64,000 nt of DNA from Paraspadella gotoi (Eukaryota; Animalia; Chaetognatha). The position numbers were made by a program, and so were the translations under genes. Below, piece by piece: positions 58,301 to 64,000 of this stretch. Where the stretch lies: assembly GCA_051294375.1 (NCBI GenBank), contig CM119263.1, positions 3,187,232-3,251,231 of the forward strand, read 5' to 3'. The notes below the pieces were generated by a model, which worked only from the letters and a program-made list of their open reading frames with translations, searched no databases and was not told the DNA's origin. Position 1 is the stretch's first letter. Each line of letters starts with the position of its first letter.

Positions 58301-60264
58301 CCTGTATAGATCCATGATGTTCGGAGTCGGTTCTGTCCCCGGTTTTTTATTAGTTACTTAATCATTTATTTATATTCTCTATTGATTATCTTGATCATGA
58401 CGTCACGTCACCGACTGACCCGAAGATTCGTTGCGATGTATTTCTCCGCGATTGTTGTTGCTGGAGTTGTCGCCGACTGATAAGAGGCAAAAGAGAAGAC
58501 GATGATTGGTCCAAATTTAAGGCCAAAAAATCACAACAATTGCCATAAAATTACAAGCTAAAAAATATCAAGCACCGTAATTGTCAAATCTTACAAATCT
58601 CACGTTCTTTCTTTCCACACTAATTCCCACACTACTTCCGTTAAATCTCACGTTCTTTCTTTCCACACTAATTCCCACACTACTTCCGTTAAATCTCATG
58701 CTCTTTCTTTCCACACTAATTCCCACACTACTTCCGTTAAATCTCACGCTCTTTCTTTCCACACTAATTCCCACACTACTTCTGTTAAATCTCACGTTCT
58801 CTCTTTCCACACTAATTCCCACACTATTTCCGTTAAATCTCACGCTCTTTCTTCCACACTAATTCCCACACTACTTCCATTAAATCTCACGCTCTTTCTT
58901 TCCACACTAATTCCCACACTACTTCTGTTAAATCTCACATTCTTTCTTTCCACACTAATTCCCACACTACTTCCGTTAAATCTCACGTTCTTTCTTTCCA
59001 CACTAATTCCCACACTACTTCCGTTAAATCTCACGTTCTTTCTTTCCACACTAATTCCCACACATACTTCCGTTAAATCTCACGTTCTTTCTTTCCACAC
59101 TAATTCCACACTACTTCCGTTAAATCTCACGTTCTTTCTTTCCACACTAATTCCCACTACTTCCGTTAAATCTCACGCTCTTTCTTTCCACACTAATTCC
59201 CACACTACTTCCGTTAAATCTCACGCTATTTTCTTTCCACACTAATTCCCACACTACTTCCGTTAAATCGTACAAATGTGTCGAAGAATGATGATGGAAT
59301 CCTCGATTTCAAAATCTCCCTCCTCGGAATCCTCGTATCGAATCCGTCCATAATAATCCTGCTATTGACGCGATATTTTAACCTAAATCTAAATCTAAAT
59401 CTAAATCAGTCAAGAATATACAATAAAATAAACCTAAGAGACAAAAATGGCGAAAAAAATGACCAGAAACACATAAATGATGATCCGATGACATTTTACA
59501 GTAAAATCCAACAAAAGTCATTGTGATCGTGAAATTTAACACAGAACCTGAAACAAGGATGAAAAATCATTGGCGTCGAATTCAACTGTGTTGCTGTTCA
59601 ATCTCCCGGGGAACATGATGCTCGAAGACTGAGCGATATTTTATTAATTTGCTATTGAGTCGACTTTGCGTTATACAAACTTTTTAAGTAACGATTTTTG
59701 CTCTTCGTTCATCTTTCAGGACATCTAAAAGTGACATATTACAATCTTCGAGAGAGAACTGCCGCTGAACTGACGGTCGATCACACCTTCATTTTCAAAA
59801 TCGACGATTTGGAAGCTAATCTTGCTAAAGGTAAGTAGTTTTTATTTAAGTTTTAACAAGTTTATAAGTAACTATTTATTAATCATTTCAGCCATCATCA
59901 CAATCTCCGAGGAGTCTGACGTGGCGGAAATGATCGCCCTGACTTTCTCGGTGGCCATCTTGTATTCGTTGTGCCAACCCGTTCCGCAAAAGGAGCGGAC
60001 CTTTGTTTGTCCTCAGAAGTCTTTGCTTGATACCTCAATGGAGGGCGCAGCATTAATACTCAGCGCAGGTATTAAATTTTAGCAGTATTGTTAATTTTGT
60101 TAAACAGCTACCGGGACAATGTTGAAGAGAGTTAGTTCAATAATCAATATAAGCAGTCCCTAAGCTTCAGATCAGGCGGTAACACCAGTTTCGATTCTAG
60201 GTTCGAGTCTTTTTCAGCGTAAAAGAAATTGAATTAACAAAATATTTTGTCAAACAATATGATG

Positions 60265-60330
<66 letters not shown>

Positions 60331-61087
60331 TAAAGTAGCTAACAAAGAATTGAGGGAAAGGACAGTGATCAGAGGTAATGACAAGATCAGTTAAGAATAG
60401 AGTGAATAAGATTGTGAAAATAAGTGAAATGTGAAAAATCAAAATCAAATTCTTTTTAGTTTGTCCAAAAATTTAGCCTTTTGTTTAAATATTCCCCCAA
60501 TCCTCCCAATTTGCTGATTAAAACTTTCCTTCCTTCCCTTCTCACCCACTTGAGGCTACCTCTCGGCGATCCCCTCCAACGCCTACCTGAAGCAGCTGCA
60601 GGAGGCGGCGGGCGGAACTACCTTCGCCGCTGGACTCAACGACGTCAACGGAATCCTGGGCTGCGAGAGCGGAACCGATGGGGAGGCTCACCCAGAGGGG
60701 GCCGATGGCACGGAGTGTGACATGGCGGGGGCGGAGGTAAGGGGCATTCGAAGGGAGGCACACCCTGACGAGGCCGTGGGCACGGAGAGTGACATGGCGG
60801 AGGAAGGGATAAGGGGCACCGAGGGAAAGGCAATGAAGCAGGCATGTGTTAACCAAGAAGGGTGAAAGTTTAATAGGGTAGGGGATGTCTGGCAATATGA
60901 CTGGGATAACATCGGCCGTAACAAAGGCAGACCAAAACAATGATTCTTGATAACATTCTAAAGCGCAGACAATAAATGTTAAACGCGTGGAATCAATTAG
61001 TTTTAACTGATATTGGTAATTTTTTTGAATTTTTCTCTTTAGGCCGGCGGGGCCTGCGGCGGCTGTGGAGGCTGCGGCGCCGGCTGA
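51040..61087 (+). CDS. GRDP-like gene, exons 10 (5'-truncated) to 18
   Basis: Exons: 51040-51169, 51709-51908 (with indels), 52419-52561, 53058-53209, 53480-53650, 59720-59830, 59892-60068, 60555-60736, 61043-61087. Phases are consistent. The protein ends in the family-typical Gly/Cys tail AGGACGGCGGCGAG*. Confidence 0.88.
53878..58315 (-). CDS. Nested antisense multi-exon gene encoding an unknown, highly acidic low-complexity protein with heptad repeats
   Basis: Approximate exons: 58315-58206, ~57640-57034, 56599-~56260, ~55850-55631, 55427-54733, 54672-~53878. Junctions 57034/56599, 55631/55427 and 54733/54672 are GT-AG and phase-consistent. Some indels remain. Confidence 0.65.
54300..54625 (-). 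repeat. Coding 21-bp repeat (VAPSLEE/VATSLDE-like heptads)
   Basis: gtcgca(c/a)cttcactgga(g/t)gag is repeated in the ORF 53878..54681, and mirrored at ~47065-47400. Confidence 0.85.
57736..57930 (+). mobile_element. Short SINE/LINE-3'-like insertion with a (GTGTAG)n tail
   Basis: About 195-bp GC-balanced island in an AT-rich intron, with 5' hairpins GGCAAC...GTTGCC and GATGCCC...GGGCATC and a tandem tail. Mirrored at ~43785-43977. Confidence 0.45.
58396..58413. promoter_or_regulatory. Overlapping CRE-like sites (ATGACGTCACGTCA) ~85 bp upstream of the nested gene ATG
   Basis: catgacgtcacgtcaccg; mirrored at ~43303-43318. Confidence 0.35.
58593..59269 (-). repeat. 48-bp minisatellite, ~14 copies (right-arm copy)
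   Basis: Unit aaatctcacgttctttctttccacactaattcccacactacttccgtt, highly homogeneous. Confidence 0.95.
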
Positions 61088-63140
61088 ACGGAGCAGCGAG
61101 TATTTGCAAGCACGCTACGATTAACTTGTTCCTTTTTCTCCCATTTTTTGAATATTTATTTGTTCATACAGTTTTCGTGAATGAACCTAACAATGACGGT
61201 TTTCATACTTTCATGTTATGCAAGTTAATTAGAGTAATTCTTTCATATTTAAGTTATTTCACAACTCCTTTCAAAATTATGGATGCTTACATGGAAGAGT
61301 AAAATATACAGAGTTTAAATAGATTTTTTTTACATCAAAAATATTTTTTCCACTTTTTTGAAAGGAGGATCTCCTATTTTGAAATGTTAAAAGGTAAAAA
61401 AATATTCAGATATTTTACTCGTGAATTTTCGGAAAAAACAATATTTTTCTGATATCTTCATATGTAAAACAAGTTATATTACATGGATACGATTACAAAA
61501 TCATTGAAAACTATTAAACGATGAATAGCACAAAATATCAAATACTTGCTTAAACGTTAACGATACAGGGATGTTGGTTTATCGGAATTTTATTTATGCT
61601 TCAACAAAATATTTCGGGAATTTGCAATTCAAGAGCCTCCTTTATGATGGTTTAAATTAAAGTTATTTTACAAAATTTTTTTTGATACATCTAGATGCAT
61701 ACAAGGCAGATTTTTGGGGTTTTTTTTATAAATTCTCAATTGAGAAATGACTGAACTAATTATAAAAATTTAGTGTATCCTTTTCAGCTTTCCCACCATT
61801 TTCAGTCTGTAGCTCGGTGTTAGAAAATAGGCCTTGTCCAGCATGATCATTACTCCTTTTAGTCGCTTGAAATACTCTAGAAATCAACCACGGCACAATA
61901 AAATCTGATTAAGATTTTAAGAATCAGATCTTAAATTCGGCATTTAAATTCTAAGGTTTAAAAAACTAATTTTTTTTTGCGGCAATCATACAAATGGAGA
62001 ATTGTTATAAAAATGTGAGCATAAATGTTTGGCTAACTTATGATCGCACTGAAGTGTAAGAATGTTTAGAAAATTGTGTTTTTCTTTTTTCGCTATTTGG
62101 GCTACTGAGGTATTTTTTAGTGTTACAGTGATAAGAAGTGTTAAGAATTTATTTTACTTAAGGCAGCAAAGTGTTTGGTGTTCACATTTTATCTCTCTCC
62201 GTGTCTCCTTTGTGCCTGTGCCAGATTTGGTTGCGCGTGGTCAGCATATTCTAAGCAATTAAAACCGATAAATCAATACATCATATGTGTTGTTGCATCA
62301 AAGTGTTGTTGTTTTCCTCTGATGATCATTGAATGTTATTATGAATAAAACTATCAATCTGAATATTACACGAAACAATTTAAAAGGAAAAAAAAATAGA
62401 AAAAAAAAATTGTAACCGTAACCGGTAACGAAAAAAAACTGACTTCTGTCGAGGAACTAGTAGTCAGCCTGCCTCGCCAGGCATATCTCCGTCCTATGAC
62501 TCGTCGCGCCATTTCTGGGGGAGACTGCCGTCAAGTCCCGTCGTCGCCGGAAGTGAGCGTGGCCGCATCCAGCGCCCCTTTGGTTGCGCCGTCGCGAGTG
62601 ACGGCGAGACCCTTCGTCGTGAAAAGGTAAAGAGCATAGAAAGTAGCACACAGATAGGCTTGAGCAGACAAAATGTAGAAAACGAATCATGATGAGTAAA
62701 ATATACAGATGAGCAACGGCATCTCTCAACAACTTCCTTAGCTCGAATATAAAGACTCAGAAAGTTTGTTGTCGACTCTTGAAGAATCTTATTCTAACTT
62801 AGAAAATAATTTTATTCGATTTAAATTGAGGTTGGAAAAAATCGTTTTGATTTCTGCGGTTCCTTCGTTGCGCCTTCATTCCCATTCCCTTTTAATCGGT
62901 TTGCATCGAGCATCCGTGCAATTTTCTCCCAATTCTTTCGGAGTTGCCCCGACTCGATGTTTTCGCGGCGGCGATCTGTATGTCTGCCTTTGCGATTTCC
63001 TGAAAATAGTAAACCGTACTTAAGACAAAAATAGGTAAAACGCTTGCAACGAATTCGTACACCGTCAATACGTTAATAAGAACGTAAAAAAAACAAAAGA
63101 GAAGCCTTTTGTCAAAACGAGGCAATCTCAAAAGTTTCGT

Positions 63141-64000
63141 TTATGCAGAAACGAACCAAAAGGTGTCGTTGTTGGTTTGAATGTTGTCGAAATCGTAGAC
63201 ATCCTCGTTCGTCGATTGATACCGAAACTCGTTCCTGAACATCGAGAGTTTGGAAGGGAGATCTTTGAAGAGATCGTGGGAAGCGTCCGCGCCGATTCCT
63301 GATGGGAGAAGTGAGGGACGATGATGTAAAGCAGACGTGGGTCATCGATCGGTCAAATCGATCGATCCTAGATCAACCATCGACTCTCACCGAACGTAAC
63401 GTCTCCCGGATTATTTAAATTCGTGTAGACGGCCGTAGAGCCGGACACGCCGAGACTGTCGAAGGATTTTTTGCCGGCTACGCCCACCTGTAGACAAAAG
63501 TCAGATAATCAGACCGATGCTCATTTGTTTTCAAGTCCTTTTATTGATTAAATTTCGAGAGCCTCGCCTTCAAATTTGAATTGATTTTGACGGAGGCAAA
63601 GAGGTCGTCCATCAGGTTGACTTTGACGCCGACTTCCGCGTTGATTTCGTCTTTCTGCAGATTCTTGGAGGCGACGGCGGCGGCCTCTACCGGCCCGATG
63701 GGAACCCAAAGGCTACACCCGACCTTTTCGACGTCATTATCCGCGTGGACGTGAACGTTGAACCTGAAAGGGGCAGCAGGTATCGACTTCAACTTAAAGA
63801 GTTTGATGAAAAAAACAAAATCTCTTTTTTGAAAAAATTGGATTCTTTTTACTTTTATTTTAGACGTAATATTATCGTTAGTTAGCGAGAAAATGAGACT
63901 GGTAAAACAGCAGCTGCAACAAGGAGTGACTCTCAATTGTCAATTAAACCGCTCACATAGATCCGTTGTATCCGGCGGCGAAAGAAGTTGATTTGGGTCC
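63141..64000 (-). CDS. 3' part of a divergent VDAC-like eukaryotic porin (Porin_3 family)
   Basis: Phase-consistent exons >64000-63957, 63763-63568, 63487-63391 and 63298-63141 read SFAAGYNGSMFNVHVHADNDVEKVGCSLW...EVGVKVNLMDDLFASVKINSNLKVGVAGKKSF...GDVTFGIGADAS. This parallels VDAC [28 protein letters not shown]...SAKVNNSSLIGLGY...KLGLGLEF. Confidence 0.7.

Larger units (their letters stand above)
51040..60394 (+). repeat. Right arm of the inverted duplication (orientation colinear with the GRDP-like gene)
   Basis: Mirror of 41301-50892, with fewer frame-breaking errors. It continues into unique sequence carrying the last exons. Confidence 0.95.

Overview
This is eukaryotic, probably metazoan, draft-assembly DNA: AT-rich, with spliceosomal introns, dense (AG/CT)n and (GAC)n tracts, and N-gaps. 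Two large duplications dominate. One is about 2.4 direct copies of a ~7.5 kb unit at 1-18.9 kb. The other is a ~19 kb inverted duplication at 41.3-60.4 kb. Both look like noisy long reads pasted in by gap filling: they are indel-rich, sit beside 25-N gaps, and two junctions carry PacBio-adapter-like remnants. The copies still differ by real insertions, so they probably sample two haplotypes. Genes I can support: an intronless 1065-aa XK-related membrane protein; an 18-exon GRDP-like (DUF1399) gene with a large antisense acidic-protein gene nested in one intron; and the 3' part of a divergent VDAC-like porin with a C-terminal extension. The most notable element is a 752-bp miniature LTR retrotransposon at 17960-18711. 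It has tRNA-like Pol III heads inside both LTRs, an extended tRNA-Trp primer-binding site, a polypurine tract and a 4-bp TSD, and it is present in one copy of the locus and absent from the other. A TGT...ACA MITE with a 4-bp TSD, a 48-bp minisatellite and several weaker candidates are also present. All family calls come from motif recognition by eye; no searches were run.
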